Shown: positions 25,786 to 36,302 of the stretch, in pieces
How the letters are laid out: each line of letters starts with the position of its first letter
Numbering within the stretch: position 1 is the stretch's first letter
Source of the DNA: a virus
Lineage: Duplodnaviria > Caudoviricetes
Strand: one strand, 5' to 3'
IMG/VR virus record: IMGVR_UViG_3300028886_001681
Span: 1 to 64,000 of that record
DNA: 64,000 nt
Position numbers and translations under genes: made by a program
Notes under the pieces: generated by a model
What the model was told of the DNA's origin: nothing
The model's database searches: none
What the model saw: only the letters and a program-made list of their open reading frames with translations

Positions 25786-26673
25786 ATGAAAAACTTCAAA
25801 AATTATTTGTACGGCAATTTGGACACTAAGATTTACGGAAAGGTGTATCACGACAAGAAAAACAAGCAAGCGGTGTTAAGCGACGGAAGGTTCATGGTGG
25901 TGTCTAAGGAATTGTTCGACGAGTCCAAGGATGTGGTATTCTTGAAGAAGGGCAAACACAAGGATTTCGACTATTCCCAATTCAAGTACATGAGTTGCGT
26001 TTTGCCACAATCGAATAGAGAGGAAGGAAATTTCCAAAAGTTTAAGGAATGCGTGGCCTCCGCGGAAGAGTTGTTGTTTGATGAAAAAATTCCATACGAA
26101 GACGCTCTTTATAATAAGGTGTTTTTTAAGGATTTCGATTTGTGTCTGTCCGTTCCCATAATCCACGCCATAGGCCAATTCATAGACGACAATAAGGGCT
26201 TGGAAATGAAGGTTTTCTTTGACAAGAACGACCGTTGCAGAAGCGCCTTGATTGAGGCTTACAACCCAAATCCCTTGTCTCAAGAAAACGAATGGTTGAA
26301 CTTGATTGCGTTCGCTCCCATAAGGAACGGATTTGAATACCAAACGGTCGTTGAGGGCGGAAAGGCTAGGGAGGAAATCGGAGTCTACGAAAAGAACATT
26401 GAAACGCGCTACTCTTGGTCGGACATGGCCAACGAGTTCACGAATAGAGGAATTCCCCACGAAGTCGTGTCAAGAATGGCCGATGTCGAAACCGCGATGA
26501 TACTGAATAGACCTGTAATGAGCATGTTTAAATTCGACGAATGGCTTCACGAAAAATACGGAGACTATGAATCGGAAGGAAAGTCCATGAGCGACTTGTT
26601 CAATGAAATGTTCGGAAACGACGCGGACAAAATGGCTTGGTATTTCGGAATAGAATCGGAGGAAGATAAATGA
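25786..26673 (+). CDS. Hypothetical protein
   Basis: 295 aa, SD GGAGG. Confidence 0.75.
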   Translation: MKNFKNYLYGNLDTKIYGKVYHDKKNKQAVLSDGRFMVVSKELFDESKDVVFLKKGKHKDFDYSQFKYMSCVLPQSNREEGNFQKFKECVASAEELLFDEKIPYEDALYNKVFFKDFDLCLSVPIIHAIGQFIDDNKGLEMKVFFDKNDRCRSALIEAYNPNPLSQENEWLNLIAFAPIRNGFEYQTVVEGGKAREEIGVYEKNIETRYSWSDMANEFTNRGIPHEVVSRMADVETAMILNRPVMSMFKFDEWLHEKYGDYESEGKSMSDLFNEMFGNDADKMAWYFGIESEEDK

Positions 26674-27554
26674 GTTCATATTTTGACTTTACTGTGGAAA
26701 GGTTGAAGGACGGAAAGAGAATCGACATAGCGAATTCGTGGACTGACTGCGAGTTGGCGGTCATAAATCCTTGTGTATTGAAGGCCTTGTTTTGGGAAAG
26801 CGGAGAAAGTTCGTTTCCGTTGAGTTCGCATGAAAAGGAAGCGTCCATTCAAACAATAAGGCAGTTCGGACGGAAAATCAAAATGAGCGAAACCGAAATG
26901 AAGGAATATCCTTACGACAAGACCCTTAAAAGGGAGAGTTGGAACATCGTCGACAAGGAAAAGGCTTTGGATTGGCTTGAAAAAATTTCAGAGTCCGAGT
27001 CCAAATTCGACGACATCGCCCTTTATTTTTCCAAAGAGAAAAACAAACGGAAGAAATTTTCCGAAGAATTGGGATGCAATAAATTTTGGTCTAGCGTATT
27101 CTTCGATGGCTTTTTATGGAAGGAAGGGGCTTGGAGCCTTCACGAAAGGCTAAAGTACGACCCGTCATTTGAGGACGGAATCGGCTTCGAGCGGATAGGG
27201 TTGGTTTCCTATTGGAACGACGAGAATGAAAATGCAAAGCAATGGGTCTTGGAGGGAAATGTTTCCGATAAGGAAGACCTTGAGATTATGGCTCGTCATT
27301 TGACGAGTGATATAGAGAACGCCGAGAGATGCAACGAAAGCGCCGAGTTGGCCAAGCGAGAGGTCAAGGAGATTTTGGACGAATTTGAGGGCGACGATTC
27401 CGAGATTTACAAGCGTTTCAAGGAATTCTGCGGAGGAGCGGACGGATACTATGACTTGGAATACATCGACGAGTTGAAGGCTCAGTTAGATGAGTTGAGG
27501 CTCTTGATTCGCTTCGTGGGGGACGACGGAATCCTATGTTGGAGCATTCAATGA
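26670..27554 (+). CDS. Hypothetical protein
   Basis: 294 aa, ATGA-coupled. Confidence 0.75.
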   Translation: MSSYFDFTVERLKDGKRIDIANSWTDCELAVINPCVLKALFWESGESSFPLSSHEKEASIQTIRQFGRKIKMSETEMKEYPYDKTLKRESWNIVDKEKALDWLEKISESESKFDDIALYFSKEKNKRKKFSEELGCNKFWSSVFFDGFLWKEGAWSLHERLKYDPSFEDGIGFERIGLVSYWNDENENAKQWVLEGNVSDKEDLEIMARHLTSDIENAERCNESAELAKREVKEILDEFEGDDSEIYKRFKEFCGGADGYYDLEYIDELKAQLDELRLLIRFVGDDGILCWSIQ

Positions 27555-27587
27555 ACCGAACCGACTATTTTTCGTCAAGAGGTTGAA

Positions 27588-27854
27588 ATGTTGGAATTTT
27601 TAATGGTTTTGGTTTGTCTTTTGTCGTGGTGCTTGATGGGAAATCTTTCCATAAGGTTAATTTTCAAGGCGATGGGAATTCAAGAAAGGAGCGATTCTTT
27701 CGCCTTGGGTTGCTTGCTCGGAGCGTTGGTCGTGCCGATGTTCTTGTTTGGAGTTTTGGTTGACCTTCTTTTGGGGTTGGATTCCTTAAAGAACAACGGA
27801 AAAAATTCACAATCTAAAAAGCCTAAATTTGAGCGAAAAACAAAGACTATGTAA
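27588..27854 (+). CDS. Small membrane protein
   Basis: Two hydrophobic helices and a basic tail; SD GAGG. Confidence 0.65.
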   Translation: MLEFLMVLVCLLSWCLMGNLSIRLIFKAMGIQERSDSFALGCLLGALVVPMFLFGVLVDLLLGLDSLKNNGKNSQSKKPKFERKTKTM

Positions 27855-27918
27855 GAAAATCCCAAGACAGAATAACTATTAAAGAAAGAAGAGAAAGTTT
27901 TCTAGGAGAAAAAAGGCG

Positions 27919-28941
27919 ATGGCTAAATACAACCCCAAAAGCGTGTACGGAACATTCTTCTCGATGTTGGAGAATCTTCCCCAAAAAGACCAAGATTGGC
28001 TTATGGACGAGAAGTTCGGAGGGAGTTTCTTGAAGGACATCAAGGAAAATCCCAAGGGCGCTTACGGAGTGTTGAACGAAATCGTCGTGGACATGGAAGA
28101 CGGAAAGGGCGGAAAGGCGGTCGAACTGTTGAAGCCCTATGAGGACAAGTTGTTCATGATGAAGGCCATGCTCAAGGACTACGGAAACTTTAAGGAGAGA
28201 AGAATGAGGATGGATGAAGGAATTTCATACAAATATAACTTTAGCGGAGACCGATACATCGACTACGCTTTGTCCTATTGGCTAGAGTGGTGGAACAAGG
28301 AGAACAACCGCCAATTCGACCCCACGAACAAGCAGTTGGACGAGATGTTCTTGGAGAAGGGCTTCGACAAGTTGGCGGAAATCATATTCGAGGAGTTTCC
28401 AATCTGCGCTAGAACGACGAACTGCGACTTTGACGCCAAGTGGTGTTGGGACTTGTTCACGGACACCAAGGAAGGAAGAAAGGCGGAGGCTTGGCTTGAG
28501 GAGAGCGGAGCCACAAAAATCGACTCATCAATCGTCAACGAATACTTGGACTACAATCTCATAGCGGAAAGTTTGGGAAGCGAAGAAATCGACTTGTTGA
28601 AGGGCTACTTGTCCTCCAACAAGGACACCAAACTCTTGAAGAAGGCGGACAAAGACAAAATCGTGACCGCTTTCGAGGAGGGCGTTTTCTGCGAACTTTC
28701 CAACGGATTCGCCTTCACTCCCAACGAATACGCGGAAGTGGCGATGTGCGTGAACGACGAGAGCGGAGCCACCGAGGAAGATTTGGACAACCTTATGAAA
28801 AACAGAGTCTCGGAGTTGAAGAAAGGCAACTTGCTCGTCAGAACCAATCTATGGAATCCTCGCCTTTACAACGGAGAGGACATCGACTTTGTGTTTGAAA
28901 TTTTAATCGGAACGCTCGTTTACGAAGCGGTCCGCCATTAA
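27919..28941 (+). CDS. Hypothetical acidic protein, possibly an internal head protein
   Basis: 340 aa; TAACTAT at 27873-27879; SD AGGAG. Confidence 0.75.
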   Translation: MAKYNPKSVYGTFFSMLENLPQKDQDWLMDEKFGGSFLKDIKENPKGAYGVLNEIVVDMEDGKGGKAVELLKPYEDKLFMMKAMLKDYGNFKERRMRMDEGISYKYNFSGDRYIDYALSYWLEWWNKENNRQFDPTNKQLDEMFLEKGFDKLAEIIFEEFPICARTTNCDFDAKWCWDLFTDTKEGRKAEAWLEESGATKIDSSIVNEYLDYNLIAESLGSEEIDLLKGYLSSNKDTKLLKKADKDKIVTAFEEGVFCELSNGFAFTPNEYAEVAMCVNDESGATEEDLDNLMKNRVSELKKGNLLVRTNLWNPRLYNGEDIDFVFEILIGTLVYEAVRH

Positions 28942-28960
28942 TGGAAAAAATAGGAGGAAT

Positions 28961-29563
28961 GTGATGAAAATCATAATTGAGGAGCCTAGCGAATGGGACT
29001 TGAAGGGAATGTTGTGGAGCGGAGCGGAAAAGGCTCTTGAGGAAATCGTGGACGCGGACAAGTTCGACGAGTTCAACGCCTACATCGACGAACTTTACTA
29101 CGACGGAATCGGCTTGACGGAGTTGAACGACTTGCTCCGCTTCGACTTCGATTCAGTCAAGGAATCGTTGGGAATGTTGGACTTTGAGGAGTTCAAGGAC
29201 TTGCTCGACAAGAAGGCTTTGGACAAGGCCGAGAAGGTAATCGAGAAAATCGAGAAGGAATGGGAGGAGTTCAAGGACTCTGACGAGAACAAGGACGAGG
29301 ACGGAAAGGAAATCTACAAGTCAATCGAGGATTGGGCGGAAGAAACATATTCTAGCGAGCCTTGGACTTTGGTTGAGGGAGCGGTTCGCGGAATCGAGGA
29401 CGAAGTGGATACGATAGCGGACGACGAAGTGAAGACCGACGATTGGGATTCCATGGTCGAGGCCATCACTAGAAGCGGTCTTGAGAACTTTTTCGGAGAG
29501 TTCCAAGGATTGGTGGATTCCGTGGAGGACTTGGACGTTTGGGTCGCGAACAAGAACCTCTAA
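28961..29563 (+). CDS. Hypothetical very acidic protein
   Basis: 200 aa, D/E-rich, SD AGGAGG. Confidence 0.75.
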   Translation: MMKIIIEEPSEWDLKGMLWSGAEKALEEIVDADKFDEFNAYIDELYYDGIGLTELNDLLRFDFDSVKESLGMLDFEEFKDLLDKKALDKAEKVIEKIEKEWEEFKDSDENKDEDGKEIYKSIEDWAEETYSSEPWTLVEGAVRGIEDEVDTIADDEVKTDDWDSMVEAITRSGLENFFGEFQGLVDSVEDLDVWVANKNL

Positions 29564-29586
29564 TTCTTTATTTAGAATGATATGAG

Positions 29587-29621
29587 AAAAAGCCTTCTCT
29601 AGAAAATGGGAAGGCTTTTTT
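29587..29621 (+). terminator. Rho-independent terminator
   Basis: AAAAAGCCTTCT...GGAAGGCTTTTTT. Confidence 0.8.
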
Positions 29622-29631
29622 CATTATTTCG

Positions 29632-29660
29632 TTGACTTTCCCTTTAATTTCCCTTAAAAT
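29632..29660 (+). promoter_or_regulatory. Sigma70-type promoter
   Basis: TTGACT-17-TAAAAT. Confidence 0.7.
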
Positions 29661-29694
29661 GCTCGTAGCGAAAGAGAAAAGGAGAATTCACGGA

Positions 29695-30015
29695 ATGAAC
29701 TACAAGTCTTTCAAGAAACTGTGCGAATGGGTCAAGAAGGTCGAAAAGGACTGCGACGAATTCAACAAGGGAATGGAGAAGGTTTTGGGGAGCGACACGA
29801 TTTCGATGTTCCTAAAGCCTTTGGAGAGGGCGAACGAATTGTTCGTTTCCTTGATTGCGAGCGAATTCAACGAGTCCAAGGAAGGGGCGGAATGGCTAGC
29901 CTACGAGGGCTTGAAGCAAATCGAGGTCGGCGGAACTGAAATCAAGGACGGCGACAAGGATTGGATTATAACCGACTTGAGGGGAATGTACGACTACTTG
30001 AAGAGCCTAGGTTGA
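29695..30015 (+). CDS. Hypothetical protein
   Basis: 106 aa, SD AGGAG. Confidence 0.7.
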   Translation: MNYKSFKKLCEWVKKVEKDCDEFNKGMEKVLGSDTISMFLKPLERANELFVSLIASEFNESKEGAEWLAYEGLKQIEVGGTEIKDGDKDWIITDLRGMYDYLKSLG

Positions 30016-30098
30016 TTGAAAAAGCGAACTAATTTGGAGCGCCAAAGTCCGAATTTAACTATTATACCCATGATATTTTTGCTTGCGAGGTAATTCCA

Positions 30099-30776
30099 AT
30101 GAATTTTTTGGACTTTTACAACCAACACTTTGAGAGCGTGACCCTCTTGTTGGTTTTCATCATAGGCGGAGCGGTCGTCCTTTTAGTCCGTTACTTCAAA
30201 GAGTCGAACAAGAAAGTGAAGACGCCTTGGTTCGAGATAGCGCCTGATTCGGTGAACACGCCAGAGAGCGAGGAGATGGGAAAGACTAGGCTTCTTTTGA
30301 AAAGGCAGTTCGACTATGTGGACAATTATATAAATGGAATATCCAACATATTGTTGGCTTTGGACAAGGCCACCGTGACCGACGCGATGAGCGTTCTATT
30401 CAAGGACGGAGCGGTTCCCAAGACCCACATGCAGACTTGCTTGATAAACTCCAACACCAACGAATTGGTGCAACTGTTCAAGAACTACTTGAACGGAATT
30501 TTGGTGATAAACCACATAGGGAGCGACAAGGAGAAGATAAAGCGCTACGCCAAGAGCCATGTGTGCCAAGTGTCGGCCATAGCCAAGAAGCATGTGTGCG
30601 ATTTGTACTGCAAGTTGAGCGGAGCGATATGCACGGACTCGTTGAAGTATTGGAAGGAGATAGGCATAGACGACCCCAACGCTTGGGCGGAGGCTAGGTT
30701 GGTGGAACTCTTGCTAGGATTGAGCGAGTTGCGGTACTCGGATTTCGACGCCACCAACGACGAGCCTATGGAGTAA
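30099..30776 (+). CDS. Single-TM membrane protein (late gene; holin or antiholin-like topology)
   Basis: N-terminal TM helix; TAACTAT at 30056-30062. Confidence 0.7.
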   Translation: MNFLDFYNQHFESVTLLLVFIIGGAVVLLVRYFKESNKKVKTPWFEIAPDSVNTPESEEMGKTRLLLKRQFDYVDNYINGISNILLALDKATVTDAMSVLFKDGAVPKTHMQTCLINSNTNELVQLFKNYLNGILVINHIGSDKEKIKRYAKSHVCQVSAIAKKHVCDLYCKLSGAICTDSLKYWKEIGIDDPNAWAEARLVELLLGLSELRYSDFDATNDEPME

Positions 30777-30800
30777 GTTTGGAATTGAAAGCCACAAATG

Positions 30801-30830
30801 AAAAGCCCCCGCAATCTTGGGGGCTTTTTT
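30801..30830. terminator. Bidirectional terminator
   Basis: AAAAGCCCCC-gcaatctt-GGGGGCTTTTTT. Confidence 0.85.
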
Positions 30831-31039
30831 GTTTCAAATGAAGTGGATTGAGACCGCCAAGGCGACGAACGACAAGGCGATTCCCACCGCGAATCCCAAA
30901 GCCAAGGGGTAGAGGTCGAAAGCCCTTTTTCCCTTGTTTCCTTTGATTTTGTAGTACATGAATGTTTCCTCCCATTGAGAAAGATTATACTTTATCTTCG
31001 GATTTTTGTCAAGTAAGTTTAGCGTTTTTTTATTTATTT

Positions 31040-31351
31040 TTATTGATTTTGTAGGCTTTCCCCATCCGATTGCGGGGCTTTCTCTGTAGGGGTTGATGTC
31101 GGCTTGTCTTTCCTAGGCTCGAACCCTTGCAAGGCCTTGGGAGCGGCCACAAGCCCCGTAAGGATGCCCAACAAAGTCGCCACGGAGTAGAAGAACGAGT
31201 TGTCCAAAGGCTTTCCGATTAAATGCGCCACCGTGAAAAGGATTACCGCAACCAAAATCATAATCATGTCGTACTTTATCACCGAGGCGAAAGCCCATCT
31301 TGTCGAGGATATTGTGGTTTTGTCGTCCGCTATTTCCCTTATGCTTACCAT
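31040..31351 (-). CDS. Putative holin (two TM helices)
   Basis: ISSTRW motif, two hydrophobic helices and a charged tail; ATG 8 nt after TAACTAT (31360-31366). Confidence 0.55.
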   Translation of the reverse strand: MVSIREIADDKTTISSTRWAFASVIKYDMIMILVAVILFTVAHLIGKPLDNSFFYSVATLLGILTGLVAAPKALQGFEPRKDKPTSTPTEKAPQSDGESLQNQ

Positions 31352-31396
31352 AATGAAAGATAGTTAATGATTGGGAATTTCGTCCAACTTTTTCCT

Positions 31397-31708
31397 TCAA
31401 TCCCATTGGATAGGAACATACCTCAAGGCTATCGTAGGCTCCTTCTCGTCGTAAAAGCATTCCAATCGGAAATTGTACTTGGTTTCAATCCAATAGTCCG
31501 CCTTCCTTTTAAGGCATTCCTCCGCGCACTCCCACAGATTGCTCAAGGCGAATTCCTTGATTTCGTCCGTTAGCGAGTCGTCTTCATTTTCAACCTTTCG
31601 TTCGAAGAACTTTTCCTCGATTTCCGCCATCTTCTCAAAGTCGAAGAAGACCATTATTCGGCTTATCGAATTCGCCAACGAGAGCGGAATCTTGTCACCA
31701 TTCCTCAT
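31397..31708 (-). CDS. Hypothetical protein
   Basis: 103-aa ORF. Confidence 0.65.
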   Translation of the reverse strand: MRNGDKIPLSLANSISRIMVFFDFEKMAEIEEKFFERKVENEDDSLTDEIKEFALSNLWECAEECLKRKADYWIETKYNFRLECFYDEKEPTIALRYVPIQWD

Positions 31709-32165
31709 AAATTTTCTCCATTTTCTCCTTGAATTCCTCGGAAGGGTCGTTCTTGGTGATTTTCTCCCATTCGTCGTTCAAGATGAAGGAAATTCTGTTT
31801 CCCTCGATTTCCAAAAAGCGGAGGCCTTTTTTCTCCGCCTTCCTTAAAAATGACCTTTCAAAACTGTTCATTCCGTTTTTCTCCTATCTAGAGTTTCTTT
31901 TCAATGATGTATTCATTGTAGTTTGATTTCGAAATCACCGTCACAACTGTCCATCCTTCATTAAGGTAATTGTTCAATTCTTCGCAATTGGTTGTGGAGC
32001 AAGCATTTCTACTACAATCCAAGTCATAAGTTCTTACACATTTTTGCACGACCATAATCAATCCTCCTTGTCGTTTTGGTAATACAATTTCTTTTCAAGC
32101 GTAAATCACACCCTTTGCTTTATCAAGAAAACATTTTTGGTTGCAATCAAAATAACCTAGCCATA

Positions 32166-32483
32166 TCATTCTTTTACCTCTTTGGATGTTATATTACATT
32201 TAAGATTTGTGCAAGCGTAAACATCGCTCGATTTGACAACATGTGAGCAAATGTCATAAGCGATTCTGTCAAAATATCCTTTCATATATGAGGCACATTC
32301 CGAAAAAGTTCCTTTGTAGACTATCTTGCTTTGTTCCTCGCATTCACTTTCTTTGCAACAGTCTATTCCTTTCAATGGCTTGCCACTAACGCTCTTTGTC
32401 GGATACCAATACACAACAAATTCATCGTTTGCGCCTTCATTTTCGCAATTTTCATTTGTATTTATTACAACATCCTCAATCAT
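32166..32483 (-). CDS. Hypothetical protein
   Basis: 105 aa, ATGA-coupled. Confidence 0.6.
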   Translation of the reverse strand: MIEDVVINTNENCENEGANDEFVVYWYPTKSVSGKPLKGIDCCKESECEEQSKIVYKGTFSECASYMKGYFDRIAYDICSHVVKSSDVYACTNLKCNITSKEVKE

Positions 32484-32665
32484 TTATCTTCCTTCAAAAA
32501 GTCCATAGCTCTTTGCCTTGCGTATTCGTCAGAGTTGTCCAACAAGTCTTGAATGATTGTCTTTGCGTATTCAAGTTGCTCTTCAACGCTCGTTGTCTTG
32601 GCGTTTTCGTTTTCTTCCGCAAGAGCCATGCTTGCGCCTATTCCCCATAGTAAAGCACCCAACAT
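32480..32665 (-). CDS. Hypothetical protein (AKxII family)
   Basis: QLEYAKTIIQDLL...AMDFLKE. Confidence 0.6.
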   Translation of the reverse strand: MLGALLWGIGASMALAEENENAKTTSVEEQLEYAKTIIQDLLDNSDEYARQRAMDFLKEDK

Positions 32666-32992
32666 TTATTCGCTCTCCTTTAGTTCTGGAACAGAAATGA
32701 AGAAATATGCTTTCACTTCTTGCCAAGAAAAATTTCCTTTCCGAGATTCCCAAAATCTACCGTTATAAAAGCCAAAAGTTTTAATACCTCTTCCTAATAA
32801 TAAAAGATATTCTTTTTTATCGGTTGGCAAATCTTTTTCATCTTTCACATAATGCCATTCATTAGCCTTGTTATAGCCGTATTCAATGCCTTTTTGGATG
32901 AGTTCACAAACTTTATCAACTTGTATAAAATTTCCGCTATGAGTTCTGCAACCATTTTGTCGCATTATTTCTTCCGCTTTTTCCTCAAACAT
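32666..32992 (-). CDS. DUF551-like protein
   Basis: NEWHYVKDEKDLP. Confidence 0.65.
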   Translation of the reverse strand: MFEEKAEEIMRQNGCRTHSGNFIQVDKVCELIQKGIEYGYNKANEWHYVKDEKDLPTDKKEYLLLLGRGIKTFGFYNGRFWESRKGNFSWQEVKAYFFISVPELKESE

Positions 32993-33010
32993 AATTCACT
33001 CCTCTGCGCG

Positions 33011-33325
33011 TTATGGCATCTCGCACCATTCGATTACATCGTCGATTTTATCGTAATCGCTAGACCACCAACTATTTGAATGCGTGCTATACCAACTCAT
33101 CTGTTTGCCACCATCCGAAGTCTTAACAATGAATTGCTTCGCGTTTTCCTTCGGCAAGTCGTTTGGGTTTTTCCGCAAGTCGCGCCACTTCGGTCTGCCC
33201 TCGTTAAGCCCCGCAAGATAAGCATATTTCAAGTCAGTTTCTGTATATAACTTTTCACCGCTTTCTGTAGTGTCTAAAGGTACTTCATTATTACAGTATT
33301 CTTCCGCCATTTCTTTATCTGTCAT
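33011..33325 (-). CDS. DUF551-like protein
   Basis: KWRDLRKNPNDLP...VIEWCEMP. Confidence 0.7.
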   Translation of the reverse strand: MTDKEMAEEYCNNEVPLDTTESGEKLYTETDLKYAYLAGLNEGRPKWRDLRKNPNDLPKENAKQFIVKTSDGGKQMSWYSTHSNSWWSSDYDKIDDVIEWCEMP

Positions 33326-33401
33326 TTCACAATCCTTTCTAGTGTAAATCCAAAGAAATATCCAAATATGAATATTGCGCCCATAGTTAATATTGTTTCA
33401 T

Positions 33402-33818
33402 TCATACGCTTTGATACTCCATCGATTCCATTACCGCAATGTTCCGCTCGGTAGGCTCCAAGCCAAGCCTTCTGCACAAGCGAATTCGCAAGTAATGCTT
33501 TGCGTAAGCGAAGATAAAGTTCGCTAGCGCGTAACAAACATTATTCACGACCAAAACAACGGCAATCTTGATGAGTTCGTTGACTTTGCATTTGTCAAGC
33601 AATAACGTTCCAAAAATGAGAAACACGCCTGACAACGCTTGGTAAGGGAACGACTCGAATAGAACGGTCTTGGCGCTTCTAATTTCGTTGTAAACAGGCG
33701 TCTTTCCCTTTTCGATTCCGTCAAGAACCCTGTCAAATTCCGCCTTGTAATTCTTCAAGTCTTTCTCTTTTCGCATAAAAAGATAATACATTTTAACCCT
33801 CCGTTCCGCCCATGGCAA
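33402..33818 (-). CDS. Two-TM membrane protein
   Basis: Hydrophobic helices; probable start at MYYLFM. Confidence 0.6.
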   Translation of the reverse strand: MPWAERRVKMYYLFMRKEKDLKNYKAEFDRVLDGIEKGKTPVYNEIRSAKTVLFESFPYQALSGVFLIFGTLLLDKCKVNELIKIAVVLVVNNVCYALANFIFAYAKHYLRIRLCRRLGLEPTERNIAVMESMEYQSV

Positions 33819-33975
33819 ACCACATCTTCGTCATTCCTTCGCCTCGCTTTCTGGCCTATAAATTAAAACGGAATGTCCTTGTTTTAACAACCGAACTATC
33901 CGCATTATCCATTTAAAAAATGAATGGTGATGTTCACCGTAGAACCTTCACGCTCGCCATAACTCAATGCGTATA

Positions 33976-34455
33976 TCATTCTTTCACATCCTCCAAGAAT
34001 CGCTCCGCTTCTTTTCTAACTTTATAATACGAACTTTTATCCGAACCGTTCATTTCCCAATACATATTGTTCTTTTCTTCCTCAAGAAGTTTTGCTAGAA
34101 TTTCTTTTGCTTTGGCAAGATTTTCGTTAATGTCCATTAAATCTTTTTCGTACTGTTCATTTTGCGCAAGAAAAGCGTTTCGTTCATTTCTTAAAGTAAA
34201 TTGTTGCTTTTTCAGTTCCGCAACTTCCTTTTCCAAACTTTTGAGATGCGCCCAACTAGTTCCTTCATCTGTTGCTTGCAGATATTTTGTTCTAAGTTCC
34301 TCGTTTTCCTTTTCAAGAGAAACTATGCGATTGAATGTTTCTTCAACGTGCTCCTTCCAATACTCCATGCTTGCGGGGCACATTCCGCTCGCTTGACCTT
34401 TCACATAAGCAATCAATTCTTTCGTCGCTAGTCGTTTTAACTCTTCGCCAGTCAT
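33976..34455 (-). CDS. Coiled-coil hypothetical protein (AKxII family)
   Basis: NLAKAKEILAKLL...AERFLED. Confidence 0.7.
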   Translation of the reverse strand: MTGEELKRLATKELIAYVKGQASGMCPASMEYWKEHVEETFNRIVSLEKENEELRTKYLQATDEGTSWAHLKSLEKEVAELKKQQFTLRNERNAFLAQNEQYEKDLMDINENLAKAKEILAKLLEEEKNNMYWEMNGSDKSSYYKVRKEAERFLEDVKE

Positions 34456-34988
34456 TCCTTCACCTCAACAATTTCAAACCCTTTCAATACAAGTTCGTCT
34501 AATTCTTTATCTTTTTCGTCATACCAATCTTGTTCATCGCCCAACAAAGAATGCATCAATTTTCTTGTAAAAGCAAACAACCGAATCCAATCTGAAATTC
34601 CACTACAGATATGATAATACGAATCTTTTTCCGTTTCGTCAACTAAAGATTCATCATAATCTTCTCCATAGAACCACCAATGCGTGCAGAAATCCCATTT
34701 CCAATGCACTTTCGCAATAAATTTCTTTTCATAAATATCCGAATAATCACTTTCCCAAGAAATCGCTTTATAAATTATAAAATCGCAAAAATATTTGTCC
34801 AACTTTTCAATTTTCACCCCAAAAATCGGACATCCGTTAGAATCTTTCAAATGATATTTTTTCATTTTATTTTCTTCCGCTTCTGACTTCAGAACTTGTA
34901 TCAGAGCCTGTTGCTTCCAATGCTTGGACCCGTTCTCTTTCATTTCGTCAATGGTCATTCCTTTACCTCCACAATTTTGACAAATCAT
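34452..34988 (-). CDS. Hypothetical protein (possibly two fused ORFs)
   Basis: 178 aa with an internal SD-like site and ATG at MKKYHLK. Confidence 0.65.
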   Translation of the reverse strand: MICQNCGGKGMTIDEMKENGSKHWKQQALIQVLKSEAEENKMKKYHLKDSNGCPIFGVKIEKLDKYFCDFIIYKAISWESDYSDIYEKKFIAKVHWKWDFCTHWWFYGEDYDESLVDETEKDSYYHICSGISDWIRLFAFTRKLMHSLLGDEQDWYDEKDKELDELVLKGFEIVEVKE

Positions 34989-35006
34989 ATCATTCCTCCA
35001 ATTTTG

Positions 35007-35192
35007 CTAATATTCGCTTAACCCCAATCCAACCGCTCGCCATTTGACCGCAGTCGGCGACACTTTGAATCGTTCCGCGACCGCTTCCAAGCGTCCACAT
35101 TTCTCTTTCCATATCTGTCTGAATAACTTTTCCGGCATAAGAAAAGCGGCGGCAAAAGTATTGGCCTCTTTTTCAAGCTCTTCTTCATTCAT
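35007..35192 (-). CDS. C-terminal HTH fragment of the ImmA/IrrE family
   Basis: EKEANTFAAAFLMP...AERFKVS..AV.WR; lacks HEXXH. Confidence 0.7.
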   Translation of the reverse strand: MNEEELEKEANTFAAAFLMPEKLFRQIWKEKCGRLEAVAERFKVSPTAVKWRAVGLGLSEY

Positions 35193-35466
35193 TCCTCAAT
35201 CTCCTTTCATCGCAGGCTTTCAAATAAATGTCCCACATCTTGTCCGCGTACTTCTCGTCGTTCTTCCATCTGAAATATCTGATTGCCGACAAGGGAATCC
35301 ATAGGGGAGACAAGACGAGATGAAAGGCGAAAGCGAACAAGTTCACGAGAAAAATCGTCGTTTCCTTAAAGCCGTCCGCGATGTTGCATAAATCCTCTCC
35401 GAAAGTTTCAGCAACCATGTTCTTGTTTCTTTTTGTGCAGTATTCTACAAATTCTTCCTTGGTCAT
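35185..35466 (-). CDS. Single-TM hypothetical protein
   Basis: 93 aa with a hydrophobic segment. Confidence 0.6.
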   Translation of the reverse strand: MTKEEFVEYCTKRNKNMVAETFGEDLCNIADGFKETTIFLVNLFAFAFHLVLSPLWIPLSAIRYFRWKNDEKYADKMWDIYLKACDERRLRNE

Positions 35467-36302
35467 ACCTTCGCCTCGCTATCTTTCTGTTTCGCTTGTT
35501 CAATTTTTTCTTTACTCAATTTTGTAGCATAAGCAAAATCTTCATCACTCATAGATAAATATTGCCAATCCCATTCATTCATTCCTTCCTTCACCTCCAT
35601 TCCGCAAGGGCTGTCGTTAAATGCTTTTTCGATAGGCCAGTGATATTTGTTTATCCTGTCCTTAACCTTAATATAATTTAATTTTAGTTCTTTACACCAT
35701 GCTGCTAAATGTTGCGTCTTTCCTTTATAGGTTATCATTTTATAACGAGCGTTTCCTTTTGTTTCAAACGCTTTTTCAACAGACCAATGAGAATCATTAA
35801 GTCTAGATATAACCGTGTAATATTTTAGATTTAATTCTCTGCACCAATCGGCAAGCGATTGAGTCCGCCCCTTATATGTTATAAGCCTTAGGCTATGATT
35901 TCCTTTTGTTTCAAACGCTTTGTCAACAGACCAACGCAAGGAGTTTATTCTGCATTTTATTTTATGATAATCAAGCCCAAGTTCCTCACACCATTGACTT
36001 AAAGGCTTTGTTTCGCCTTTATATTTTATTAAATGATTCCGTCTTTGGTTATTATTCTGTTGTTTTCTTGTCGCCCATCTACAATTCTCAGGACTGTAGC
36101 CTTTGTTATTGTCGATACGGTCAATGCTTAAATCATCATTATAACCGTTTGACAACGCCCATTCGTAAAATAAATTAGGTTTTTTCAACCACTCATCACA
36201 TATTGTTATCCCTCTTGCACCATAATCCTTAAAATTTTGGGCTTTAGGGTTGTAACATCTATTTTTCATTGCTTGATAAATTCTTTTTAATCTTTCATTC
36301 AT
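35463..36302 (-). mobile_element. HNH homing endonuclease with three helix-turn-helix-like C-terminal repeats
   Basis: MKNRCYNP...YGARGI.IC.EW...LSIDRIDNNKGYSPENCRWAT; three ITYKG.T..L..WC.EL repeats. Confidence 0.85.
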
